12,865 nt of DNA from Candidatus Bathyarchaeum sp. (GCA_026014495.1 JAOZIF010000082.1:1-12865); one strand, 5' to 3'; positions 1 through 7,180 are shown, counted from the stretch's first letter. Notes: generated from the letters alone by a model not told the origin. Program-made: numbers and translations.

Positions 1-685
1 GTCTATCAGGCGTGGCACTTTTCCCTAAACCGTGAAATTCTGCTTCTAACCCGATTCCCATCAAGTAGTCAACAATCTCTTTACGAGACAACGAATCCAA
101 CTCTCGAACAGATTCGCTCTCCACATGAACATGATAACCTCTATGCCCAGAAAAAGCAACAGTCAACACATCTGAAGAAAAACCGAAATCATCTGTCAAG
201 ACATCTACAAGTTTAATTGCTTCAACCTTGGAAGCTTCTAAACAAATATCACAAGGCCAAGTTTTTTCCTTGAATTTTGTTCCACCACAAGAATTACATT
301 TTACTGGGTGACCACCCCTGCCAGAAGCTCCACAACCAGTGCAGACCCAAATGTCATGAACCGCAGCACACGGTGTTGGAATGTGATCTGCGTCAATATC
401 AAAAATCAGGTCAGCACCTAACCATCCTTTCTCTTTCATCTCTTCTTCGGGTCGTTCATAATAAGCGCTTGAATAGTAAGCATCTGAAGGCACAACATTA
501 CATAACGAAGCCCTAAGACTGTCAGCATCTACAAAGCCTCTATGCCTAGCCATACCTTTGCCTTCAAGGAGAAGAAAACCAAACTCTCGCCTTTCCAGAG
601 ATGATGGGGGCAAAATGGATGCGGAGTTTTGTTTATAGTATTCAGCAAATTTGTCTCGGATATAATTCTGGGACAAAGAGGACAT
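1..685 (-). CDS. priS: DNA primase small (catalytic) subunit PriS, 5' portion; gene runs off the left edge
   Basis: Hand translation from ATG 685: MSSLSQNYIRDKFAEYY...ERREFGF...YYSSAYYERP...KGWLGADLIFDIDADH...WPCDICLEASK...AFSGHRGYHVHV..., 228 open codons to the edge. It has the AEP-primase DxD and SGxRGYH motifs. Absent from the ORF track. Confidence 0.95.
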   Translation of the reverse strand, partial: MSSLSQNYIRDKFAEYYKQNSASILPPSSLERREFGFLLLEGKGMARHRGFVDADSLRASLCNVVPSDAYYSSAYYERPEEEMKEKGWLGADLIFDIDADHIPTPCAAVHDIWVCTGCGASGRGGHPVKCNSCGGTKFKEKTWPCDICLEASKVEAIKLVDVLTDDFGFSSDVLTVAFSGHRGYHVHVESESVRELDSLSRKEIVDYLMGIGLEAEFHGLGKSATPDR

Positions 686-721
686 GTTTTCCAGCCAACA
701 CAAACTATTAAATCAAAACAA

Positions 722-729
722 TATTTAAA
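722..729 (-). promoter_or_regulatory. Putative TATA box for priS (TTTAAATA)
   Basis: TTTAAATA on the minus strand, first T 44 nt upstream of the priS ATG. Motif and position only. Confidence 0.5.
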
Positions 730-818
730 CGGAATTCATGTCATCGCGAACAAGAACCAAAACAGGCAGAACGTTTGTTACAAGACAAATCGAAATGCGT
801 TTTTATTAATTAGATGCA

Positions 819-826
819 TTTATAGC
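819..826 (+). promoter_or_regulatory. Putative TATA box for the 79-aa ORF (TTTATAGC)
   Basis: TTTATA starts 39 nt upstream of ATG 858. An alternative T-rich box lies at 800-807. Confidence 0.35.
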
Positions 827-857
827 AAACAAGAAACCCAGTACTTTTGAGTAAAAA

Positions 858-1097
858 ATGAGAAAAGAAAAAAAGAAAAGTATTCGCGAAGATGAAAAAG
901 AAACTGAGACCATGGATATTTATAATGAAGAACAGCTAGAAAAGATGCTAGAAAATGATGAGATAACAGAAGCAGAATATAGTTTCATGCTTGGAAGAGA
1001 AAAAGTTGGAAAGAAAAAGAAACTAGGGCTAGAAAGAAAAGAGCATGAAGACACCCAATCAGTCGAACTAGCAAAAAGCGAATATGAAGACGACTAA
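858..1097 (+). CDS. Small highly charged hypothetical protein (79 aa)
   Basis: ATG-to-TAA ORF in the priL-priS gap that overlaps no other gene. 25 D/E and 17 K/R of 79 residues, with a patterned core DIYNEEQLEKMLENDEITEAEYSFMLG. Confidence 0.7.
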   Translation: MRKEKKKSIREDEKETETMDIYNEEQLEKMLENDEITEAEYSFMLGREKVGKKKKLGLERKEHEDTQSVELAKSEYEDD

Positions 1098-1111
1098 AGT
1101 TCAGAGTTATC

Positions 1112-1143
1112 AAAAAAATTTAGCACACTACGCATACAAAAAA
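1112..1143 (-). terminator. Oligo-T terminator candidate after priL
   Basis: T6 begins 3 nt after the priL TGA and T7 follows about 20 nt later on the minus strand, as in archaeal intrinsic terminators. Confidence 0.5.
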
Positions 1144-1146
1144 GGT

Positions 1147-2214
1147 TCATTTATTTTCAGTTGGCTTCTCTTCAGGGAAATTCTTTAGTTTTCGCTTGTA
1201 GCAAATCAAAGGATTCACTGCTCCTCTGCAGTCGGGTTCTGGTGAGACACAGATACCGTGAGTGCGTAACGTAGCACAATTTGGGGGAGTGTACTTTGTT
1301 CCCGACCCTCTGGTTCCAGCGATGTGTTCAACTTGATAGCGGGTCATTCGTTCGTTGAAGTCAGAAACTGAGCGGAAAAACTTGAAGACTTCCTCTGCAC
1401 TAATTCCGATACTCAACATAAAAGAAGTCAACGCAAATCTACCTAGATGAGAAGCTGGGCGACCAGCCGCAACTCGATCATACACGCCCTTAATGCATGA
1501 AGGAAAAGCATCCATCACCACACGCTCAGGCATCTCCTCAAGCCGAATTTGCTCTCGCTTCTCTGCAGACAGCTGCCTCAATCGGTTTACTCGAGCCATA
1601 ATAGTTGAAGGAAGAGATTTTATCTTAGTGTCGAGTCGCCCTTCAATGTATTTACGAACTTCCTCTTCAAGCAGACGGCTTACTTCTCGTTCTGTAAGGT
1701 AAACTTCGCCGTCAATCATAAGGTGATTAACAAGTTTCCAGTTCTTGTCATGAAAGCCTGTTGCGTTCCTCAAAAAAACCGGAAAACTAACAGCAAAAGC
1801 ATAAGGCTGCAAACTAAAATCGCTAACCAATCTTGCGCCCCAGCCGAAGTTATTTGCGACTTCTAACAATTTTTCTTTTTCTTCACTATCAAGTAAGGCA
1901 GAAGCCCGTTTTGCTTCAGCTAGTGCATATCTACTTTTTATAAAAGAGTCTTCAGTTCCAACGACCAGCATAACAGCTAGTGGAAAAGAAACAATCTCAA
2001 GTTCGTAATCTTTCGGATCATCAATTGGTTGAGTCTTTGCGTAAGCGGAAACATCAAGTAAAGCAGATTCAATACGTTTCTCTGCTTTATCGAGAAATGG
2101 AAGATAAAAATCACTATCCCCTTCTAATTCGTCAAAGTCTATTCCTAGGTCTCTTACGTGTACAGCAGCCTCTTTCATGAAAGGATACTTTGCGCGGTCA
2201 TAAGCAGTAAGTAA
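1147..2214 (-). CDS. priL: DNA primase large subunit PriL (first ATG at 2178; true start probably TTA at 2214)
   Basis: YAFAVSFPVFL-type N-terminal domain. C-terminal Fe-S domain with four Cys (FPSC, YTPPNC, HGIC, PDC), HLGRFALTSF and TRYQVEHIAG. The PriL-typical DxAKYPF segment is in frame upstream of ATG 2178. Confidence 0.93.
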   Translation of the reverse strand, partial: LLTAYDRAKYPFMKEAAVHVRDLGIDFDELEGDSDFYLPFLDKAEKRIESALLDVSAYAKTQPIDDPKDYELEIVSFPLAVMLVVGTEDSFIKSRYALAEAKRASALLDSEEKEKLLEVANNFGWGARLVSDFSLQPYAFAVSFPVFLRNATGFHDKNWKLVNHLMIDGEVYLTEREVSRLLEEEVRKYIEGRLDTKIKSLPSTIMARVNRLRQLSAEKREQIRLEEMPERVVMDAFPSCIKGVYDRVAAGRPASHLGRFALTSFMLSIGISAEEVFKFFRSVSDFNERMTRYQVEHIAGTRGSGTKYTPPNCATLRTHGICVSPEPDCRGAVNPLICYKRKLKNFPEEKPTENK

Positions 2215-2240
2215 CTGCTTAACCTCCTTTTAGTCTCCAA

Positions 2241-2996
2241 TTATTCTACTTCTATTCTAGGAGCCAAGAAAAATTTCAGTTTTCCATCTTTCTCCTGCTG
2301 AAAGTCCAACTTAATGGGCATATCTGTCGAAAACTCCATCACAACAATTTCTGAAGTAGGCACAGACGCCTTAACTATCTCTGAAAGGTAACTTAGACTA
2401 AAAGTAGCCTTAGAAGCTTCCTTTGCTTTCATCTCCAAGAGCACATCGTCTCCGGTCTTAAATTCAATTTTAGCGCCCATAATATCGCCTGCGGCGTTCA
2501 TGACAATTCTTTCGTTATCTGCCTCGATCCTAACATGATCACTAACCAAAGAAGCATCCTCTATAGCCTCACGTAACCCCTGTGTTGTAGTTCTCGCGCT
2601 CACATTAAAGTTGACTTTCGGAGTTGGAACCTCCTCATCCATAGCCTCCAAAGTAGGCATATTAAAGGTGCGAGAATAATTTCCCCTTATAGAAATTTTC
2701 AGCTTCCCAGTTTTTTCATCTAAAGACAACTCAACAGATTCGTCTTTCCCTGTTCTCTTAAGCAACTTCAACAATTCGCTTATGTTGATGCACATCTTCA
2801 TCGTTTCACTGCAGGAATACTCGTTAAAAACGGTTTTAGGCCACTCGAAGTCAACCATAGCAACTCGTGAAGGGTCCATTGCACGAAGTTTGATTCCTTC
2901 AGGAGTGAGATCGAATGTGGCTTCGTCTACCAGTATCGAAATGGCGCCCATCATATCCTTCAAAAATTTTGCATCTGCCATTTTAGCCTTGAACAT
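2241..2996 (-). CDS. pcn: PCNA / DNA polymerase sliding clamp
   Basis: MFKAKM...DEATF...GIKLRAMDPSRVAMVD...FSLSYL...PIKLDF...KFFLAPRIE. ATG 2996 has a GGAG SD upstream and is preferred over TTG 3002. Confidence 0.97.
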   Translation of the reverse strand: MFKAKMADAKFLKDMMGAISILVDEATFDLTPEGIKLRAMDPSRVAMVDFEWPKTVFNEYSCSETMKMCINISELLKLLKRTGKDESVELSLDEKTGKLKISIRGNYSRTFNMPTLEAMDEEVPTPKVNFNVSARTTTQGLREAIEDASLVSDHVRIEADNERIVMNAAGDIMGAKIEFKTGDDVLLEMKAKEASKATFSLSYLSEIVKASVPTSEIVVMEFSTDMPIKLDFQQEKDGKLKFFLAPRIEVE

Positions 2997-3021
2997 TAGC
3001 AACTCTCCGTTAGCATTTATG

Positions 3022-3045
3022 TTTAAGCTACCTCTAATTTAAGCT
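3022..3045 (-). promoter_or_regulatory. Putative pcn promoter (two AGCTTAAA copies)
   Basis: TTAAAT at 3037-3042 and TTAAAC at 3021-3026 on the minus strand. The distal box gives a sensible distance to the SD and ATG. Confidence 0.45.
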
Positions 3046-3112
3046 GTTTGATTCTTTTGCAGCACACACCCAGAAAGGATGAGTTTAACCGATTTTGTAG
3101 CAAAGCGATGTT

Positions 3113-3460
3113 TTAGCTGTATTCCCGGAAAGTGTAGTTGCATTTAGTGCATCTGAAAAACTGTGTTGAAGACTCGTCTGTTCCGCGAGTTTGTACCTGC
3201 CACGCATATGCAGTATTGTTTCCACATTTGGGGCATTCTACTCTAACCGTGGGTAAAGTACGCAGTTTTTGCTCCTCTTTTCCAATAATAGCAATGGATT
3301 CGTGGGGAGAACGTTCTATTGCCTTGGGAATAACAGGTGGCTTATCTCCAGTATGTTTCGTGTATCCACATTTTGGGCACACAAGATTAAAGACAACTTT
3401 TTTTTCCTTTTTATTGCGACGTGAAACCAGTCGCATTCCACAGTCAGGACAGAATTCCAC
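3113..3460 (-). CDS. tfs: Transcription elongation/cleavage factor TFS (RpoM/A12.2/TFIIS family)
   Basis: Two Zn ribbons (CPDC..CPKC; CPKC..CTKC) and QTRGTDE with the acidic DE pair. GTG 3460 lies 7 nt after GAGGT, giving the typical MEFCPxCG start. Confidence 0.95.
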   Translation of the reverse strand: MEFCPDCGMRLVSRRNKKEKKVVFNLVCPKCGYTKHTGDKPPVIPKAIERSPHESIAIIGKEEQKLRTLPTVRVECPKCGNNTAYAWQVQTRGTDESSTQFFRCTKCNYTFREYS

Positions 3461-3503
3461 ACAGTTCACCTCAAGTTCTGCGCAATTTGGGTTGCAATTT
3501 ACT

Positions 3504-3520
3504 CTTTTAAACCTTTTCTC
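3504..3520 (-). promoter_or_regulatory. BRE + TATA promoter for tfs (GAGAAAAGG-TTTAAAAG)
   Basis: Purine-rich BRE directly 5' of TTTAAAAG, about 50 nt upstream of GTG 3460. Confidence 0.65.
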
Positions 3521-3521
3521 T

Positions 3522-4115
3522 TTATCCTGTTAATCCAGACGCGATTATGTGCGCTACCCGTAGCGCCTCGGGAATATTACTTCTTGTGGAGGCTGTTTTC
3601 ATAATCTTTTCGGCATCTTCAAGCAAAATTCCTGCAATATGAATGTAAACAGGATTCTCTCCAGTCCTAGTTTCAACCTCAAAAAGCTTTCCAGCATTAT
3701 CCATAGTTCGCCATCTTAGCTCAAAGTCTGGGAGATTCATAAGAGCAGCTTTTATTTCTTCCAAATCAGGTTTTTCTCGCACAACTGACAAAACAGGCAA
3801 GTCTACCATACAGGAGAGCTTATCGATGTCCACAACATTAAAGCCAGCAAATGTTACGCCGTCTAAGACTACAACACGAAGTTCCCTGTAGTATTGAGAA
3901 TCCTTTATCATATCAGCTATTTTTTCTGTAGAATCCAATCCATCAATTGTTATTGTTGTATACATAACACCTTCAAACCAATATCCTCCCCTATACACGA
4001 CCCCCACAACGGTTACAGTTCCCTTAGTGCGAGGAACAAATCTGCCATCGTCAATACCCAACACTCGAATCTCAGATTTTATTGAACGAAATCGTTTATC
4101 AACCAAAACTATCAA
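3522..4115 (-). CDS. DUF99 / endonuclease dU family protein (endonuclease V-like)
   Basis: IRVLGIDDG, VVGVVYRG, ITIDGLDST, VVLDGVTFAGFNVVD and PEALRVAHIIASG are characteristic of archaeal DUF99 proteins. TTG start. Confidence 0.88.
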   Translation of the reverse strand: MIVLVDKRFRSIKSEIRVLGIDDGRFVPRTKGTVTVVGVVYRGGYWFEGVMYTTITIDGLDSTEKIADMIKDSQYYRELRVVVLDGVTFAGFNVVDIDKLSCMVDLPVLSVVREKPDLEEIKAALMNLPDFELRWRTMDNAGKLFEVETRTGENPVYIHIAGILLEDAEKIMKTASTRSNIPEALRVAHIIASGLTG

Positions 4116-4137
4116 CCATCATTCAGCTTACTTAGCC

Positions 4138-4143
4138 TTTAAA
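4138..4143. promoter_or_regulatory. Palindromic TTTAAA TATA box between divergent genes
   Basis: Lies in the 75-bp gap between the DUF99 start (4115, minus) and the RNase III-like start (4191, plus). It reads the same on both strands. Confidence 0.45.
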
Positions 4144-4190
4144 TTTTGTTCAAACATAGTTAGCGTTAGACAAAAACAGAAGGGACTCGC

Positions 4191-4565
4191 ATGTTTGCAT
4201 TCATACAAAAATACGAAAGCATCAACGAAATTTTGATGGACCAAAAGCTCGCCAAACTGGGAGATGCCTACGTGAATTTCCTTTATTCTTTAGCATTATC
4301 CAAAAAGAAGGGTGAACCCACAGGAATTAAGGTTAAAGGGCGTTTACTTGCAGATGCCTTCAAAAAGGCAGGGCTAAGAAAATTTTTGCCCTCAAGAATT
4401 GATCGCCACAAACAGGCAGATGCCGCTGAAGCATTAATCGTATATCCATGGATAATGGGCTCAATGACAATAAAAGAGGGGCTAGAAATTTTGGAACAAA
4501 CAGAAGATAGCGTTGAAGCATTCAGTGTTCTTCTGCTCACTGCAAAAAGAAAGCTTGAAACATAA
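4191..4565 (+). CDS. Archaeal ribonuclease III-like single-domain protein (Mini-III-like)
   Basis: LAKLGDAYVNFLYS resembles the RNase III LGDA signature, and ADAAEALI is the DxxE motif. 124 aa, no dsRBD. Confidence 0.8.
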   Translation: MFAFIQKYESINEILMDQKLAKLGDAYVNFLYSLALSKKKGEPTGIKVKGRLLADAFKKAGLRKFLPSRIDRHKQADAAEALIVYPWIMGSMTIKEGLEILEQTEDSVEAFSVLLLTAKRKLET

Positions 4566-4577
4566 AATGAAAGGGTG

Positions 4578-4871
4578 CTATTTTTCCGTATAAGCCTTAG
4601 ACGCTTTTTTGAAGGACTTGTGGAAATCTTTGCTAAGATCAAGAACTTTTTTGGTTGCAGTCAGTATAACAGCTTCAGGTTTTTGTTTGTCTTTTGTGTG
4701 AACATACAGTATCCCACTATCAATTAGTGGATGTGGCACATGATAACCTGCAACCTCTATTGATTCATCCTCCAAAAGGGTCTTCTGCAGCACATTCAAT
4801 AAAGAATGCCCAGCACCTTCAACTTCAATTTTCAATTCATTGTCTGCGCTTTTCAAAACATTAACTTTCAC
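4578..4871 (-). CDS. rpoL: DNA-directed RNA polymerase subunit L (Rpo11)
   Basis: NELKIEVEGAGHSLLNVL...AGYHVPHPL. GTG 4871 lies 8 nt after GAGGT and overlaps the csl4 stop. Confidence 0.93.
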   Translation of the reverse strand: MKVNVLKSADNELKIEVEGAGHSLLNVLQKTLLEDESIEVAGYHVPHPLIDSGILYVHTKDKQKPEAVILTATKKVLDLSKDFHKSFKKASKAYTEK

Positions 4872-5460
4872 TTTGTTCGACCTCACGAGTTATATCTTTT
4901 CCATAATCAGGAGATGTTTTTCGTCTCTCATTGTTGCCACAGTTAGAGCAGCCCATCCCACGATTTCCAGGCTGCAGCACATGCCCACATATTGAACAAA
5001 GGGCATGAACTACGCCTAAATCGTTATCTGCTGTTGATAAAAAGAAGGACCTGTTTTCTGTGCTAATCACTTTTGCTTTCATGATGTCACCTGCTTTGCA
5101 GACATTAAACATGTTGTCTACGTAGCCGTGACTCACACCAGATATGTGTAACATTCCCTTGAAAAAGCCTGAAAGAGTTTTGTCTCCAACCTTAAAAATG
5201 GATAAAACTGCGTTCTTGTTTTTCACATCTGAAACCATTGCGGTGACGATGCTTCCAACCTGTGGAACAGTAGCCGATTTAACAAGAGGATATACTGAAA
5301 CTTGTTTGTTTAACATATCTAGTAAGGTGCAACCAGTTACTTTTGAGTGGATAGTTCCACCTTCCACGTATGTTCCGGGTCCGGACGTAAACTCTTCTAT
5401 GACACCTAAACGGTCTCCCGGAACAACGAAGAGCCCACTTTTTCTTTCAGATTCTGGCAT
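4861..5460 (-). CDS. csl4: Exosome complex RNA-binding protein Csl4
   Basis: VVPGDRLGVIEEF..GPGTY N-domain, S1 domain (GILH-like GMLHIS, GDIMKAKVIS) and C-terminal Zn ribbon CSIC..CSNC..ERRK. Adjacent to rpoL, as is usual. Confidence 0.95.
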   Translation of the reverse strand: MPESERKSGLFVVPGDRLGVIEEFTSGPGTYVEGGTIHSKVTGCTLLDMLNKQVSVYPLVKSATVPQVGSIVTAMVSDVKNKNAVLSIFKVGDKTLSGFFKGMLHISGVSHGYVDNMFNVCKAGDIMKAKVISTENRSFFLSTADNDLGVVHALCSICGHVLQPGNRGMGCSNCGNNERRKTSPDYGKDITREVEQSES

Positions 5461-6103
5461 TAAATTTTCCTTCTATTCTATACAAATCAACTTGAATACT
5501 TTGCTTTTTCTTTGTGTGAAACTTAAACATTCTCGGAATTTCCATTGACATAGGGAAGATGTTAGTTATTTTTCCTCCGTGCTCCTCAATAAACCTTTTG
5601 ATAAACTCTCGGTTACTATCTCCGCCTTTGTGAAACGAGTAAATTATGCTACTTAACTCTAACGATTTGGATATGAACCGTCTATCTGCGCCTCTTCGTT
5701 GAACTCCAAAGGGCGGATTCTGCAAAACAGTGTCAAAAGAGCCACGAACAACATCAATGTCTGATATAATCCAATTGGTCGTTTCTTTAACTCCCATTGT
5801 TTCCGCATTTTTTTGTGCAATCTTAACTGCAACACGGTCAACATCTACACCTAAGACTTCCTTTGCATCTAACAGAGCAGCACCAATAGCGAGTCTAGCC
5901 GTGCCACAGCCCAATTCCACCACAGTCTTGTCGATAATATCATCGTAAACATACGCCGCTAAGTATAGCAACTCTGCAGCTACATTTGAGGGAGTAGTGT
6001 ACTGTTCAAGGTAAGCTTTGGGCAGCGGATTGGCTTCAATCTCTGACAGTGTCCGTTCTAGGTCACGTTTCCGAACCAGCCGTTTCTGAGCAGGTCTTCC
6101 CAT
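5447..6103 (-). CDS. METTL5-family (COG2263-type) predicted RNA N6-adenine methyltransferase
   Basis: LEQYTTP, SAM motif VELGCGTARLAIGA, GVDVD and motif IV NPPFG, plus the PRMFKFHTKK C-terminus. Confidence 0.9.
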   Translation of the reverse strand: MGRPAQKRLVRKRDLERTLSEIEANPLPKAYLEQYTTPSNVAAELLYLAAYVYDDIIDKTVVELGCGTARLAIGAALLDAKEVLGVDVDRVAVKIAQKNAETMGVKETTNWIISDIDVVRGSFDTVLQNPPFGVQRRGADRRFISKSLELSSIIYSFHKGGDSNREFIKRFIEEHGGKITNIFPMSMEIPRMFKFHTKKKQSIQVDLYRIEGKFNARI

Positions 6104-7071
6104 TTCATCTCTCCCAACATAACAAGTGTTTCATTAACAGACAAAAGAGGCTTACCAAAATTTGGCGCATCATCCAACGAAAGACGGGGGCAAGCAGTAT
6201 TCACAAACGCATCTATTTCTGGAAACTGCATGAGCACACTAGGAGTAACCTCTCTGATTGCAAACAAGGTGGCAGTTAGTCCATGTTTTTCCAGTTTCGT
6301 TTTAATGTTTAGTGCTTCATTTAGTTTCATCTGCCCATTTTTCAAGCTTATCAAGACGCCAAAGCTTTTTGCAGCCTTTGCCTCAGATATATTAGCCCAA
6401 CGCTGCATGCTGACCCGCCTAACCTGATCTTGAACAGGATACGCTAAATTTTCGTATGGATCAGCAACTATTGTTGGCTTTCCTGTTGCTAAAGCCACAC
6501 CGATAGCATGAAATCTACCGCCACCAACAAAAAGGTAAGCCTCAACCTTTTCTAAAACAAATTGAGCATTACTGAAATCGCAACCGAGCACTTGTCCAGC
6601 ATATTTAACACGCCTAGAGTCGCCCACAAAAACGGTTTTTCCGGCATTTTCAAGCAGCTTTTTCGCTTCAGCTAGTTGGTGGACATGTTGAACAGTTGTT
6701 ACCAAACCAACTTTGCTCCAAGAAGCAAGATGTGGCAAGGCTTTTGTTACTGTTTCTTTTATGTCAATTTTTGCGTTTACTTCAAAATATATTGTAGGCA
6801 CATCAACATCAAAAGTAATTGGAGTGTGTCCGTAATGAACAATGAGATCTGCACCCAAGAGCTTGGCTTCAGAAACAGCCAAATCGCAGGCGCCGTAACA
6901 GGGGTCACTTGAAACAATAAGCATAGCACCGGCTTCTTCTACAATCGATGCTAAACGAGACGCATTTGGCTTTAGACCTTCTGGAAGCTGCAATAACACG
7001 AGGTTAGGCTTTCGTTTAGTTATTTCTTCTTTTAGCTTACTTTCTTCAAGATCAAAGGACATTGTTTTCAT
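6058..7071 (-). CDS. dph2: Diphthamide biosynthesis radical-SAM enzyme Dph2 (2-(3-amino-3-carboxypropyl)histidine synthase)
   Basis: LQLPEGLK, PCYGACD, VHYGH, GQVLGC and VNTACPRL supply the three Fe-S Cys. The start may be ATG 7062 rather than 7071. Confidence 0.95.
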   Translation of the reverse strand: MKTMSFDLEESKLKEEITKRKPNLVLLQLPEGLKPNASRLASIVEEAGAMLIVSSDPCYGACDLAVSEAKLLGADLIVHYGHTPITFDVDVPTIYFEVNAKIDIKETVTKALPHLASWSKVGLVTTVQHVHQLAEAKKLLENAGKTVFVGDSRRVKYAGQVLGCDFSNAQFVLEKVEAYLFVGGGRFHAIGVALATGKPTIVADPYENLAYPVQDQVRRVSMQRWANISEAKAAKSFGVLISLKNGQMKLNEALNIKTKLEKHGLTATLFAIREVTPSVLMQFPEIDAFVNTACPRLSLDDAPNFGKPLLSVNETLVMLGEMKWEDLLRNGWFGNVT

Positions 7072-7160
7072 CTACAGTTCGGACAAGATCAGAAAGATGG
7101 CGACTCCACATAAGAGCACCAACACTCATGACCTTAAGTGAAAAAGAGGGTAAAACAGGC

Positions 7161-7168
7161 TTATTTAA
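7161..7168 (-). promoter_or_regulatory. Putative TATA box for dph2 operon (TTAAATAA)
   Basis: GAAGC-TTAAATAA just after the ppsA stop, implying a 5' leader of about 65 nt. Confidence 0.45.
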
Positions 7169-7180
7169 GCTTCAGACCGC

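Noticed and set aside
277-850. Plus-strand ORFs 277-516 and 629-850
   Set aside because: Both lie wholly or partly antisense to priS and its promoter, with no recognisable motifs; they are shadow frames.
7085-7135. Possible C/D box sRNA in the dph2 leader (minus: GTCATGA...CTTA-TGTGGA-12 nt-CTGA)
   Set aside because: The C box lacks the essential GA for the kink-turn, there is no spacer between the D'- and C'-like words, and I recognised no target.
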